A stretch of DNA of 64,000 nucleotides from an uncultured delta proteobacterium (lineage in GTDB: Bacteria; Desulfobacterota; Desulfomonilia; UBA1062). Positions within the stretch are counted from its first letter, which is position 1. Every line of letters begins with the position of its first letter. Positions 41,420 to 52,584 of the stretch are shown here, piece after piece. The stretch is taken from contig CAVVYZ010000001.1 in the NCBI GenBank assembly GCA_963752595.1, positions 224,001-288,000 of the forward strand, written 5' to 3'. The position numbers were made by a program, and so were the translations under genes. The notes under the pieces are model-generated. The model saw only the letters and a list, made by a program, of their open reading frames with translations, was not told where the DNA came from and did not search any database.

Positions 41420-41962
41420 ATGAAGAGAATTATCAGTTTGGTCGCAGTGGTAACATTTGTATGCTTCACTTCAATGGCCTTTGCCAAGAACGAAGCCAAG
41501 ACAGCGGTACCTGACGCAGGGAAGAAAGAAGCAGTAAAGGTAGAAGCAGCGAAGACGGATGCAGCGAAGCCCGCAGTCGTGGAAGCGGACAAGGTGAAGG
41601 CAGACGCAGCCAAGCCCGCAGCCGAAGAAGCAGCCAAGGCGGCGGCACCCGGCGCAGAAAAGAAAGATGCAGCAAAAGTGGAAAAGGTGAAAGCCGATGC
41701 GGCAAAACCTGCAGAAGCAGCCAAGGTGGAAGCCCCGAAGGCCGATGCAGTAAAGCCCGCAGCTGAAGCCGCAGTCGTAACAGGCAAGATCAAAAAGATC
41801 GATACTGCAAAGAATGAAATCGTGGTAAAGGAAAAGAAGGATTCGAAGACCGTTGCCGTTACTCCCGAACAGATCGGCACGTTGAAGAAAGGCCGGAAGG
41901 TTATCATCACTCTGGCCCCGGGCACCAATAAAGCAGAGAAGATCGAAGACGTAAAAAAATAG
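41420..41962 (+). CDS. Exported Ala/Lys/Glu-rich repeat protein with small C-terminal beta domain
   Basis: GAGGAGG RBS, signal peptide ending AFA, four KxDA(A/V)KPA repeats, then VTGKIKKID...LKKGRKVII. Confidence 0.8.
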   Translation: MKRIISLVAVVTFVCFTSMAFAKNEAKTAVPDAGKKEAVKVEAAKTDAAKPAVVEADKVKADAAKPAAEEAAKAAAPGAEKKDAAKVEKVKADAAKPAEAAKVEAPKADAVKPAAEAAVVTGKIKKIDTAKNEIVVKEKKDSKTVAVTPEQIGTLKKGRKVIITLAPGTNKAEKIEDVKK

Positions 41963-41984
41963 GGAATAGGACGAGGTAAAATTC

Positions 41985-42383
41985 ATGAGGAGGATGAAAA
42001 AGCACGTGCTGATGTTAGGCGCCCTTTTGGTTCTCGCTTCTTCCTGCTACGGCCGGGATGCCCTCCCGGCCGTGCAGAAGGGGGAAACCCATCCTCCTCT
42101 CTCTCATAAGCCCGAGATCGTATCTTCCGAAATCATAGGCCTTGTGGAATCTGTTATCCTGGCTGACCCGGCAAAGGGCGCACGTCCTGAGATTTCCATC
42201 ATCGATGCAGAGGGGAAAAAGTACACCTTTATCGTCGAATCAACCACGACGATTTATGGATCTGACTGGAAGGCAATAACCCTGGATAAACTGGAAAAAG
42301 GCCGGAAGGTGAGGATCAGGTATACCACCACAAAAGAAAAATTCCTGATAGCGCTGTCCATAAAGCCGGTGATCGATCAATAA
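41985..42383 (+). CDS. Exported hypothetical protein with OB-fold-like domain
   Basis: Signal peptide; IIGLVESV...TTIY...LDKLEKGRKVRIRY pattern. Confidence 0.7.
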   Translation: MRRMKKHVLMLGALLVLASSCYGRDALPAVQKGETHPPLSHKPEIVSSEIIGLVESVILADPAKGARPEISIIDAEGKKYTFIVESTTTIYGSDWKAITLDKLEKGRKVRIRYTTTKEKFLIALSIKPVIDQ

Positions 42384-42462
42384 GATACTGCACCTCCCGG
42401 TTTAAAAAATATCCCTGATACCTCCAATATTTTTCCTTGACTCGAATATTTTAAAGATTAAT

Positions 42463-42619
42463 ATGGAAACGGGGGAGGGCAGGAAGCCCGATACGTAACG
42501 GCATCATAATCCGGTAAAAGAGCCGGCAACAATGTAATTGTATTTTCGCAAAACCCGGATTGCGAGATTTTCATGAAGCTTTGAGGAGCAGCGACACGAA
42601 TCATTCCCTCCCCCTCCAT
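42463..42619 (+). ncRNA. Candidate structured non-coding RNA
   Basis: TTGACT-N16-TAATAT promoter-like element at 42437-42464; GGGGGAGGG (42471-42479) can pair with CCCTCCCCC (42606-42614), enclosing several hairpins; no long ORF. Confidence 0.3.
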
Positions 42620-42891
42620 GTATTCCCCGCGTTGCAATCAATCCTGCCGTAACGCAAGCGTTCCCTGTGCCGCTGATATCGAATAAACCGCCGCCGTCTT
42701 TGCAGCATGGGCAAGGCTGTTTTGTCGCCTGTTCAATCCTTCATTGGTTGAAACCCTGTACGGGCTCACCTATCTTTACTTTTAGGGGCATAGGGCTGCA
42801 ATAAAGGACAAGGCCCGGGAATGACCATCCCCATATTGATAAATTCCTCGCATTCCGCTAGAGTTGCAGGCAGCAGATAAAACGGGCATCC

Positions 42892-43635
42892 ATGAAAAGG
42901 CTTCCGGGAATTCTCTTATGCATCATCCTCCTTGCGCCTGCGTATGTATACGCAGGGCTGGAACTGCCTGCATTTTCCAAATCCGACCAGATCATCAGGC
43001 ATACGGCTTTTACTCTCTGCTACTGCGACCGGTACGAGCAGGCCCAGTGGGCTGCCTATGTATTGACTTCAGCTATGATCACGGCAAAGGGCACCCGCCG
43101 CAGTAACGACTTCAGGCCTGACCCAATGGTGAAGACAGGTACGGCCACGCCCGAAGACTACAGGAAAAGCGGCTACGACAAAGGCCACCTGGTGCCTGCA
43201 AACGATATGAAGGCTTCTCCTCAATGCATGAGCGAGACCTTTTACATGTCGAACATGAGCCCCCAGGTGCCTGCATTCAACCGCGGCATCTGGAAGAAGC
43301 TGGAAGAGCAGGTAAGGCGGTGGGCCGGGGAAAACGAAGAGGTATACGTGGTGACCGGCCCGGTCCTCACCGATGACGGCTTTGCGGTCATCGGGCTGAA
43401 AAGGGTTGCCGTGCCGTTCCGATACTACAAGGTAATCCTGGACTACCGGGAGCCCGGGCTCAAGGCTATCGGATTCATTATCCCGAACCGCAAGTCAAAT
43501 ACCGACCTGGAGGCCTATGCCGTCACGGTCGACGAGGTCGAGGAGGTTACCGGCATCGATTTCTTCCCCGAGCTTCCTGCGTCCGTGGAAGAGCAGCTCG
43601 AATCAAAAATAGAGCTCGAGAAATGGTTTCATTAA
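42892..43635 (+). CDS. Secreted DNA/RNA non-specific endonuclease (NucA/EndoG family)
   Basis: Signal peptide; SGYDKGHLVPA, TFYMSNMSPQ..FNRGIW..LE. Confidence 0.93.
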   Translation: MKRLPGILLCIILLAPAYVYAGLELPAFSKSDQIIRHTAFTLCYCDRYEQAQWAAYVLTSAMITAKGTRRSNDFRPDPMVKTGTATPEDYRKSGYDKGHLVPANDMKASPQCMSETFYMSNMSPQVPAFNRGIWKKLEEQVRRWAGENEEVYVVTGPVLTDDGFAVIGLKRVAVPFRYYKVILDYREPGLKAIGFIIPNRKSNTDLEAYAVTVDEVEEVTGIDFFPELPASVEEQLESKIELEKWFH

Positions 43636-43693
43636 AATCATTATTTGATTCCTATGGTTAAAAGTGCCTATAGTGATATTGTGGAGGTTGATC

Positions 43694-44056
43694 TTGGCGC
43701 GCATTCTGATCATAGACGATGATGATGGGGTGAGAGAAGTTCTCCGGTTGATGCTGGAGAGCGGCGGCTATGAGGTGGAGGATGCGTCCGACGGGTATGA
43801 GGGGGTGAAGCACTTCCGTGAAAAGAAGCCCGATCTCGTCATAACCGACATCGTGATGGCCGGGATGGACGGGGTGGAGACCATCATGGAACTGCGGCTC
43901 ATATCTCCTGAAGTGAAGATTATCGCCATATCCGGCGGCGATCATGTCGCTCCCGGTTACTATCTGAACATGGTGAAGAATTTCGACACGGTTCATGAAA
44001 TGCAGAAGCCCATCGGCCGTGAAGAGCTGTTCCAGGCGGTAAAATCGCTCCTGTAA
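43694..44056 (+). CDS. Single-domain response regulator receiver
   Basis: ILIIDDD, ITDIVM, AISGG, KP; GGAGG RBS before TTG. Confidence 0.88.
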   Translation: MARILIIDDDDGVREVLRLMLESGGYEVEDASDGYEGVKHFREKKPDLVITDIVMAGMDGVETIMELRLISPEVKIIAISGGDHVAPGYYLNMVKNFDTVHEMQKPIGREELFQAVKSLL

Positions 44057-44204
44057 GGCCTGTCTTGCATATTCGTCTTGCCGGTCACGATCCCCAGTCC
44101 TCGGGCTCGCATGTTTCTCCTCTTGCTTGTGTAACCGCTTGAATGGCCTATAATTGACTGTATATCATGTCGATGGCTGCGATCGCAGCCGGTAGGGGAT
44201 TGGA

Positions 44205-45014
44205 ATGGGAAAGGGTGATTTGTTCGTCCGTGCTAAGGTTCTCTGCCCGGAATGTACAGGCTTGCTCCTGGAGAATAAATCGGGCGGCTGCATCCGATGC
44301 TCATCGTGCAACGCCGGTTACCCGCACGAAGGAAGTCTCATCGACCTCATTCCCGGTAGAAAAACCGCCAACACACTCCCCCAGCATGCCATGGAATTCG
44401 CCCCCATCGTATCCATCTATGAAAGCACCCTCTGGAGGAAGAACCCCCTGATTACCTTGTTCATGGGCATCACCTTCGAGAGAGAGTATGCGGCCATGAC
44501 CGGCGCTCTCGAGCTTGAGAAAGACGATATAGTGCTCGACCTCGCCTGCGGAACCGGGATTTATGGCCGCCGGGTCGCTACTTCCCTTCCCGGGGGCATG
44601 GTGGTCGGCCTCGATCTCTCGCTTCCCATGCTTTCCCGCGCACGGGAGGACTATGAAGAACTGGGACTGTCGAATTACCTGCTGATTCACGAAGACGCTA
44701 CGAAGATTCCCCTGGTGGATGAAAGCATCGATGCCGTTCTGTGCGGCGGAGCCCTGCACCTCTTTCCCGATCTCAAGGCATCGGTCCGGGAGGTTTACCG
44801 GGTCTTGAAGCCCGGAGGCCGCTTTGCCGTCTCTGCCTTTTGCCCCGGGGACGGATTGTTTTCCGCATGGATCTCCTCGATCGTCCATATGATGAAGGGG
44901 ATCAGGGGAATTACGCCTGAAGGGCTTGAAGGGATATTTTCCGAAACAGGATTCAAGGAATCGGTCTGCCGGCATGCGCAAGGTTTCTGGCTCATCATGA
45001 GCGCTGCCAAATAA
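44205..45014 (+). CDS. Class I SAM methyltransferase with N-terminal Zn ribbon
   Basis: CPEC..CSSC; VLDLACGTG, GLDLS, RVLKPGG. Confidence 0.88.
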   Translation: MGKGDLFVRAKVLCPECTGLLLENKSGGCIRCSSCNAGYPHEGSLIDLIPGRKTANTLPQHAMEFAPIVSIYESTLWRKNPLITLFMGITFEREYAAMTGALELEKDDIVLDLACGTGIYGRRVATSLPGGMVVGLDLSLPMLSRAREDYEELGLSNYLLIHEDATKIPLVDESIDAVLCGGALHLFPDLKASVREVYRVLKPGGRFAVSAFCPGDGLFSAWISSIVHMMKGIRGITPEGLEGIFSETGFKESVCRHAQGFWLIMSAAK

Positions 45015-45063
45015 CATGACATGGTCCAAGGAGCGGGAGTATTTTATCAAGGAGGACCAAACC

Positions 45064-46281
45064 ATGGCAAGGTCATTGGTACCCATACAACCTGCTGTCC
45101 TGCTCGTGTCTGTTCTCTGCTGCCTTGTCTGCGGATGTGATAAGGGAAATCCGTCTTTTATCGCTGTAGAACAGAACCTTCTCGATGCAAAAGGCCGGGC
45201 CCTTCCTGCCAAGGGAGAGCCAGGTTTCCCCAGCGTTTTCACTGCCAGGGTAACAGGAAGAAACAGGATCAGCCTGAGGTGGACAGACGTGTTCAAAAAC
45301 GAGAGGGGATATGTCATCGAACGGTCAGAAGGCAAAGGAAATGCCTTTGCAGAGATAGCCAGAGTAGATGCCGGTTCGAGCTCTTTCGAAGACACCAGGC
45401 TGAAACCTTCCACCATCTACACCTATCGGGTCCGGGCATACAATTCTTCCGGCAATTCCCCTTGCTCCGGATCCTGCAGCGTGACAACGAGCCCGTTAAG
45501 CGGGCCCATCATCATAGACCATACCTGCGCCGATCCGGATGCAGTTCCCGTTTACTGGGTCAAGGAGGCAAAGAACGTTCTCCATATCGCCTACGGGCAT
45601 ACCTCCTACGGAAGCCAGTTGATCACCGGCATGTCAGGCCTTGCCGTCTTCAAGGGGAACCTCTATGCATTCCAGAGCAATGCAAGCGGCGGAGAAGCCC
45701 TTGATCTCCGGGATGAGCCCTTCGATGGGGCACGGGATCTGGGCAACCCGGACCGGAAGGCATGGGCAGCTGCCACAAAAGCCTATCTCGATGAATACCC
45801 GGAGGTGAACGTCGTCATCTGGTCATGGGGCGGCCAGGCGGATGCATCGGGAAAAGACATCGATCTGTACCTTTCCCTCATGGAGAGCCTCGAGAAAGAG
45901 TATCCCTCGGTGGTGTTCGTTTATATGACCGGTCACGTCAACGGCACGGGACTCAAAGGCAACCTCCACCTGCGCAATGAGCAGATCAGAGATTTCTGCA
46001 GGTCCAAGGGCAAGGTCCTCTACGACTTCGAGGATATCGAAAGCTACGACCCTGATGGAGGCCATTATGGAAACAAGCAGGTAAATGCCGGCTGTGAGTA
46101 TGATTCCGACATGGACGGCTCACGGGATGCAAACTGGGCGATCGAATGGCAGGATACCCATACTGAGGGCCAGGAGTGGTACGAGTGCTACAGCGCCCAC
46201 TCCCAGTCGCTCAATGCCAACCTCAAGGCATACGCTGCCTGGTGGCTCTGGGCAAGGCTTGCAGGATGGGAGGCTGAATAA
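45064..46281 (+). CDS. Lipoprotein with fibronectin type III domain and uncharacterised C-terminal domain
   Basis: LVCGC lipobox; LRWTD..GYVIERS..LKPSTIYTYRVRAYN FN3 signature. Confidence 0.8.
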   Translation: MARSLVPIQPAVLLVSVLCCLVCGCDKGNPSFIAVEQNLLDAKGRALPAKGEPGFPSVFTARVTGRNRISLRWTDVFKNERGYVIERSEGKGNAFAEIARVDAGSSSFEDTRLKPSTIYTYRVRAYNSSGNSPCSGSCSVTTSPLSGPIIIDHTCADPDAVPVYWVKEAKNVLHIAYGHTSYGSQLITGMSGLAVFKGNLYAFQSNASGGEALDLRDEPFDGARDLGNPDRKAWAAATKAYLDEYPEVNVVIWSWGGQADASGKDIDLYLSLMESLEKEYPSVVFVYMTGHVNGTGLKGNLHLRNEQIRDFCRSKGKVLYDFEDIESYDPDGGHYGNKQVNAGCEYDSDMDGSRDANWAIEWQDTHTEGQEWYECYSAHSQSLNANLKAYAAWWLWARLAGWEAE

Positions 46282-46468
46282 TCCTTAGATTGCCGGGCGG
46301 GACAGCTCCTGTCTTTGCAGGGTTTTCAGCCTGTCCGGCAGCATCATCAAAGCCTGATACAGGTTACCGTAATTATGCAGGGGAAAAGGCAATCACCTCC
46401 AGTTCCCCCCTCCATATGAATGCATCAAGGCTCTCTCTTTACATTTTTGCTATCAGAAAAATGTATAG

Positions 46469-47096
46469 TTAATTCTTTTCCTGTCGTGTCGAGGGAACGA
46501 TCTTGAGGGTGGGTTTGGTATCGTCCGTTTCACGCTTATATGGGCTGTTGCCCTGGCAGGCCAGGCACGAAGGGCCGTCCTTCAGGGGATATGCCTCCTT
46601 GCATGAGGGGCATGTAGCAATGGCCCCGTTGCCTTTTTTCCCGAGTGATGCAATCTCCACGGTGACGCGCTGCATGGTGAGGATGCTCGTCCCTGCCTCG
46701 ATGATCTGATCTCTTAAGGCGTTTCTGTCCTGTTCATTCTTCGGCTTGAGCTTGAGGAACCAGGTCTTGATCTCGGGCCAGGCTTCCAGTTTTTCAGGGT
46801 CTAAGAATACCCTCACGCCTTCACCGGAGTATTTGTCGTACAGGCACAGGGCATAGCGGCCGAAGCTCAAGATCCTGAGCCAGCCGTTGCCGATGGTGCA
46901 GGGTGTGAGGAGCTGAATGGCATCCGGAAGACAGGTCTGAGTCTCGCTGATGGCGTCGAAAAGGACCCCGTCGGGAGAACTCCTTCATGGCAAGGTCCAC
47001 CATGAACCCGCCTATGATGAGGCCCGGCGCTATGTTGCCGTGGAACGACTTGACCAGATGCATGTAGTCTTCAACCGAGTAGGAACCGATGTTCAT
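46469..47096 (-). CDS. FmdE family protein with C-terminal Zn finger; frameshifted
   Basis: FHGNIAPGLIIGG, reconstructed CLPDAIQLLTPCT.GNG, CPSCKEAYP..CLACQG. Confidence 0.85.
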
Positions 47097-47843
47097 CGTA
47101 TATACTCCCTTCTTTTATCGTATGCTTCAAGCTCCACATCCCCTTCGGCGTCTATTCCCGCTCGATCCGGGCACAAGCTCAGGTCCCTTGCCTTGAGCAT
47201 GAACTGGAGCAGCCATTTATGAAAGACCTTGCCCTTTACGACCGGGACGATCTCGTCGCCCAGGAAAAGGGCCTCTTTGATATCGTGAGTAACATGGATG
47301 ATGGGTATTGCAAGCTCTCTCTTCATTTCGGCCAGAGCCGTGCGGAGGCTTCTCCGGGTGAGCGGGTCCAGCGCGGAGAAGGGCTCGTCCATGAGGAGCA
47401 CTTCGGGGCTTTTTTGCCAGGGCCTGGCAGATGGCAACGCGCTGTCTTTCCCCTCCTGAAATGGCCTGGGGCCGGCTGTCCTTAAGGTGCCGGATGCCGA
47501 ACCTTTTCATCAGGTCTTCAGCCAGGGACTTGTCAGTTGCGGCAAAGCAGACATTTTTAAATACGCTGCAGTGGGGGAACAGGGCAAAATCCTGGAACAC
47601 CATGGCAAGACGGCGCTTCTGTACAGGCAGGACTGCCCTGCTCCTGGTGTTTGCCCAGGTCCGGCCTCCGCAGGTGATGACACCTTCATCCGGTGCATCG
47701 AGGCCCGCAAGAAGCCTCAGGATTGTTGTCTTGCCGGAACCTGAAGGCCCGACAATGGAGAGGATCTCCCCCCTCCTGCAGGAAAGAGAGACATCCAAGG
47801 TAAAATGATTGAGTTTTTTTCTGATCTCAGCTGTTAAGGCCAT
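47093..47843 (-). CDS. modC: Molybdate ABC transporter ATP-binding protein; frameshift near 47410
   Basis: GPSGSGKTT, ISGGERQR, LLMDEPFSALD, VTHD. Confidence 0.9.
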
Positions 47844-48510
47844 CGTGCGTGCCCCTGCTCAAGGTATTGGTGATAACTAAAAAGCTGAAGCTCAAGAGTG
47901 CCAGCACCAGCGACATGATCCATGCGTCCCGGTACCGGAGCGACTCCACTGCCTCGTAGACGGCGATGGATGCAACCCGTGTCTCGCCTGGGATGCTCCC
48001 TCCCACCATGAGGATCACCCCGAACTCCCCCATGGTGTGGAGAAATACGAGGATCGCCGCAGCGGCAAAACCGGCTGTCGAGTTGGGAATAATGACCCGG
48101 AAAAATGCCTTCATGGGCGACAAACCCAGTACGTACGCATTTTCCAGGACCTTCCTGTCTATCTTGGAAAAGGCCGCCTTCAACGGCTGGACCGCGAACG
48201 GCAGGCTGTAAAAAATCGAGGCGATGACGATCCCGGTAAAGGTGAACAACAGCGTAGAGCCGAAAAGGCCCTCCCATGCCTTTCCGAAAGGCCCTTTCGG
48301 CCCCATTGCGATCAGGAGGTAGAAGCCCAGTACGGTGGGAGGCAGGACGATGGGCAGGCTGATGAGCGATTCCACAATCGCCCTGCCGGGAACTCTCCGG
48401 TAGACAAGCAGATAGGCGAGAAGAGAACCGATCACAAGCAGTACGATCGTGGTCACGAAGGCGAGCTTGAAGGAGATCCACAGCGGGAACAGGATGCTAC
48501 CGGTATCCAT
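47827..48510 (-). CDS. modB: Molybdate ABC transporter permease
   Basis: LPIVLPPTVLGFYLL, SLPFAV, GEFG, GGSIPGETR. Confidence 0.95.
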   Translation of the reverse strand: MDTGSILFPLWISFKLAFVTTIVLLVIGSLLAYLLVYRRVPGRAIVESLISLPIVLPPTVLGFYLLIAMGPKGPFGKAWEGLFGSTLLFTFTGIVIASIFYSLPFAVQPLKAAFSKIDRKVLENAYVLGLSPMKAFFRVIIPNSTAGFAAAAILVFLHTMGEFGVILMVGGSIPGETRVASIAVYEAVESLRYRDAWIMSLVLALLSFSFLVITNTLSRGTHDGLNS

Positions 48511-49243
48511 ACTTCTCCTTCACCCGGACGGCAGCCGGGGAGATGAGAAAATCGGCAAACTGCCCGGCAGCAGCCCTGTTTTTTGTGCGGACGAGGATAC
48601 ACGCGGCCTGGATAACTTTCGGCGCCTGCTCCACGACAATGGTGCAGCCCTTTTTCCCAGCAGGAGTGCGGGTGGAGGAAAGGGCGCAGAAGCCGAAGTC
48701 CACGGCCCCGGTGGAGGCATACTGGAAGACCTGCCCGACATCCTGCGGAAATACGAATTTCCCCTTGAGTGTATCTGCCAGGCCGGCCGCTTTCAGCGCA
48801 GACATGGCGGCTGCACCGTAGGGGGCGGTTTCCGGGTTCGCGAGGGCGATCTTACGAACCCCGGAGTATCTGACTGCATCGATCCAGCCCTTGTGGTTCC
48901 TGCACGCATCCCTGCTCGAAGACCACAGGACGACCTCACCTATGGCATATATGAAGGGTTTCTCTGCGAGGCGGTCTTTAAAAAGCCTGTTCGGACGGTC
49001 CTCATCCGCAGAGAGGAAGATATCATAGGGTGCGCCGTGTATGATCTGGACATAGAGCTTGCCCGTTGAGGCAAACACAGGTTCGGCCTTGATGCCGCTT
49101 TGTTTCTCAAACAGCGCAGCGATCTCATTGAAAGGCACCAGGTAATTCGCCGCCACGCCGACAAGGATGTTTTCATCAGCAGAAGCCACGCCCGCCCGAC
49201 AAACAAGCACCGCTGCAGTCAATAGAAAGATGTATGCCCTCAA
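48497..49243 (-). CDS. modA: Molybdate-binding periplasmic protein
   Basis: VAAN, ASTGKL..QI..GAPYDIFLSAD, ANPETAPYG. Confidence 0.93.
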   Translation of the reverse strand: MRAYIFLLTAAVLVCRAGVASADENILVGVAANYLVPFNEIAALFEKQSGIKAEPVFASTGKLYVQIIHGAPYDIFLSADEDRPNRLFKDRLAEKPFIYAIGEVVLWSSSRDACRNHKGWIDAVRYSGVRKIALANPETAPYGAAAMSALKAAGLADTLKGKFVFPQDVGQVFQYASTGAVDFGFCALSSTRTPAGKKGCTIVVEQAPKVIQAACILVRTKNRAAAGQFADFLISPAAVRVKEKYGYR

Positions 49244-49430
49244 AGGAATCCTCTTTATTAAATTATATTTATAATAACATAATTAAAAGAATCTTACAAG
49301 GTTAAATTAAGCAATCCTGTTGGATACTTATTGGGGAGGTCCGGCAAAAAGGGATAGCATGAAAATTATATATATGCTAGTACATACATAAATAAAAATC
49401 AATTTCATTGTATCATTGTTTGGGGGAGGC

Positions 49431-49631
49431 ATGCAGGAAAGGTGGGCTGTTGCGTTCGAGCCGTGTGATATGGGTCAGGGAAAATTTCTCTGGCTGAGGG
49501 ACCAGTGCGGTAATATCATTGTATTCGGTTCAAAACGAGAGGCGAGGATGTGGGTGCTGGTCGAGGCCTCGTTCAGCCCGGAACCTGATGACGCTGTGTA
49601 TATCAAACTTCCGCACGGTAATACCGGATAA
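49431..49631 (+). CDS. Small hypothetical protein
   Basis: GGAGG RBS before ATG 49431; 66 aa. Confidence 0.4.
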   Translation: MQERWAVAFEPCDMGQGKFLWLRDQCGNIIVFGSKREARMWVLVEASFSPEPDDAVYIKLPHGNTG

Positions 49632-49797
49632 CCTTCATGGTGCCGGTACCCTGCCTGAAGGAATGCAATGGGAAAGAATGAAACTTGTTATTTATGCATG
49701 TCTTGACATATATTTGCTATTATGCATAAATGTATAGAATAAACAGTCGGGAGAAAATCGTTTCACCGGCATGGCAATGACAATGAGAGGAGAATTC

Positions 49798-52499
49798 ATG
49801 GACAGCTATATGCTTACGCTGAACGGCAAACAGGTTGAATTCAAACCAGGGCAGACGATTCTCGAGGTTGCCGCGGACAATGGAATAACCATACCGACGC
49901 TGTGTCACCTGAAAGGCTGCACACCCACGGGTGCCTGCCGTATTTGTCTGGTCGAGGTTGCAGGCGCACGGTCATTGATGGCATCGTGCTCAACCCCTGC
50001 GGAAAAAGGCATGACCGTAAACACGGAAACGGAGAGGGTCCACAGGACGAGGAAGCTTACCACCGAGTTTCTTCTGGCAAGCGGCCGCCATAACTGCATC
50101 ACCTGCGAGAGGTCCGGGGCGTGCACACTCCAGGATCTTGCATATAAATACGGCATAGATAAGCTCCGCTTTGAAAACACCCCACAGCCGTTTGAAAACG
50201 AGGACGTGAATCCCTTCATTATAAGGGATTTCAGCAAGTGCATCCTCTGCGGGCGCTGTGTCCAGGCGTGCCAGGATGTGCAGGTGAACCGGGCCATAAC
50301 CTTCGGATATCGCGGGCCGCAGTGCGAAGATCGTGGCCGGGCCCGATGTCCGCTACGACCAGAGCGACTGCGTTTTCTGCGGGCAGTGCGTGCAGGCATG
50401 CCCGGTGGGGGCGCTCGTCGGAGAAGAAGGCCGAAATTCGCGGGCCGGGCCAAAGACATGAAAAGGTCCGCACCACCTGCCCCTACTGCGGCGTCGGCTG
50501 CCAGTGGAGCTCCACGTGAAGGACGGGAAGATCGTCAAGGTCACGGGCGTCGAGGACGGCCACCCAACCAGGGGCATGCTGTGCGTCAAGGGCCGCTTCG
50601 GCTACGACTTCATCTATTCGGAAGAGCGGCTGACAACCCCGCTGATCCGGGAGAACGGCAAGTTCCGGGAGGCGTCCTGGGACGAGGCCCTGGACCTGAT
50701 GGCCAGCAAATTCAAGGAGATCATCGCGAAGCACGGGCCCGATGCCCTGGCCGGCGTCAGCTGCGCCCGCAGCATCAACGAAGATTCCTACCAGATGCAG
50801 AAGCTCTTCCGCGCGGTGATCAAGACGAACAACATCGACCACTGCGCGCGAACCTGACACGCCCCCACGGTCGCCGGTCTGGCGACAGCTTCGGTTCCGG
50901 CGCGATGACCAATTCCTTCGGCGAGTTCGCGAAGGCGAAGATGCTCTTCGTCATCGGCTCCAACATGACCGAGGCCCATCCGGTGGCGTCCACCTTCGTC
51001 AAGAAGGCCGTGCATGAACGGGCGCGACAGCTCATCGTGGTCGACCCGCGGCAGCACGCGCTGGCCGACTTGGCGACGATCCATGTCGCCCATCACGGTC
51101 GGGATCGGACATGGCCTTCCTCAACGGCCTCATGAACGTCCTCATCACGGAAAATCTCTACGACAAGGAGATTCGTGGCGAACTGCACCAGGATTTCGAC
51201 GAGCTCAAAGAGAAGGTCATGGAGTATCCGCCTGAGAAGGCGGCCGAGATCTGCGGCGTCAGTGCCGAGCTGATCCGGGAGATCGCCCGCATGCTGGCCA
51301 CGGTCAAGCCCGTGCATGCTCTGCTACACCCTGGGCATCACCGAGCACACCTGCGGCACGAACAACGTGCATGTCCATCGCCAACCTGCAGATGCTGCTG
51401 GGCAACATGGGCATGGAGTGCGGCGGGCGTCAACCCCCTGCGCGGCCAGAACAACGTCCAGGGCGCCTGCGACATGGGCGCGCTGCCCAACGTGTTCCCG
51501 GGCTACCAGAAGGTGACGATCCCGGCGATGCCGGGCGAAGTTCGAGAAGGCCTGGGGCGTGGACGACCTGCCCGAAAAGCCGGGCTGATGATGCCCCAGA
51601 TGATGGACGGCCTGCCGACGGCAAGATCAAGGCCTTCTAGATCTTCGGCGAGAACCTGGCCAACACCGAGCCTGACATCGCGCCAGGTCGAGCATGAGCT
51701 CGCCTCTGCCGAGTTCATCGTCTGCAACGACATCTTTCCCACCGAGACCACCCGGTTCGCCCACGTCATCTTCCCGGCCGCCGCCTGGAGCGAGGATGAC
51801 GGCACATTCACCAGCAGCGAGCGCGGGTGAGCCGGGTGCGCAAGGTCAGCACGCCGCCGGGCCAGGCGAAGCCCAACTGGTGGATATTCAAGGAGATCGC
51901 CAAGCGCATGGGCCATGAGTGGCCCTCGAACAGCGGCCAGGAGATCTGGGACAACGAGGTTTCGGTCGCTGGCACCGGCAATGGCCGGGATCAAGTATCG
52001 CCGGATCGAACACGATGGCCTCCAGTGGCCCTGCCCGAACGAGGATCACCCCGGCACACCGGTTCCTGCACAAGGACGGCGAGTTCACCAGCGGCAAGGG
52101 CCGTCTTCACGCCGGTGGACTGGACCCCGCCGGCCGAAGTGCCGGACGCCGAGTATCCGTTCGTGCTCTCGACCGGCCGCAGGCTGTATCATTATCACAC
52201 CCGGACCCAGACCGGCCGGTAGCGGGCTCGAACGATCTCTTGTCCGAGGAGACTGCGGACATGTCCCCGGAAGATGCAAGCGCGCTGGACATCGGCACAA
52301 TGAGATGATCCGCGTCAGTTCCCGGCGCGGCGAGGTAAAGGTCAAGGCCAGAGTCACCGACCAGATCCCCCAGGGCATGGTCTGGATGGCGTTCCATTTC
52401 CGGGACGGCAACGCGAACTGGCTGACCAATGCGGTCTTCGATCCGGTCACCCAGACCGCCGAGTACAAGGCCTGCGCAGTGAATGTCGAGAAGATCTGA
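49798..52499 (+). CDS. fdhF: Cytoplasmic formate dehydrogenase alpha subunit 1 (NuoG-like Fe-S N-terminus, Sec); many frameshifts
   Basis: IPTLCH..GACRIC, H..C..C, CILCGRC, TCPYCGVGC, NNIDHCART-TGA(50855-50857)-HAPTVAG, RGQNNVQG, TAEYKACAV; hairpin gtcgcc-ggtct-ggcgac. Confidence 0.93.
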
Positions 52500-52584
52500 C
52501 AAATCCGGCGCCGGAGGGACGTATTCCCCCGGCGCCTCTTGATTCCCTGAAAGTATATAAAAGCAAAAAATATATCACCAGAGG

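Noticed and set aside
41500-41780. Repeats as a CRISPR or non-coding array
   Set aside because: They are degenerate in-frame codon repeats of an Ala/Lys-rich protein, without constant repeat-spacer structure.
51638-51640. In-frame TAG in fdhF1 as pyrrolysine or readthrough
   Set aside because: The paralog has Tyr here (ALYIF); a TAC-to-TAG error in an error-rich stretch is simpler.
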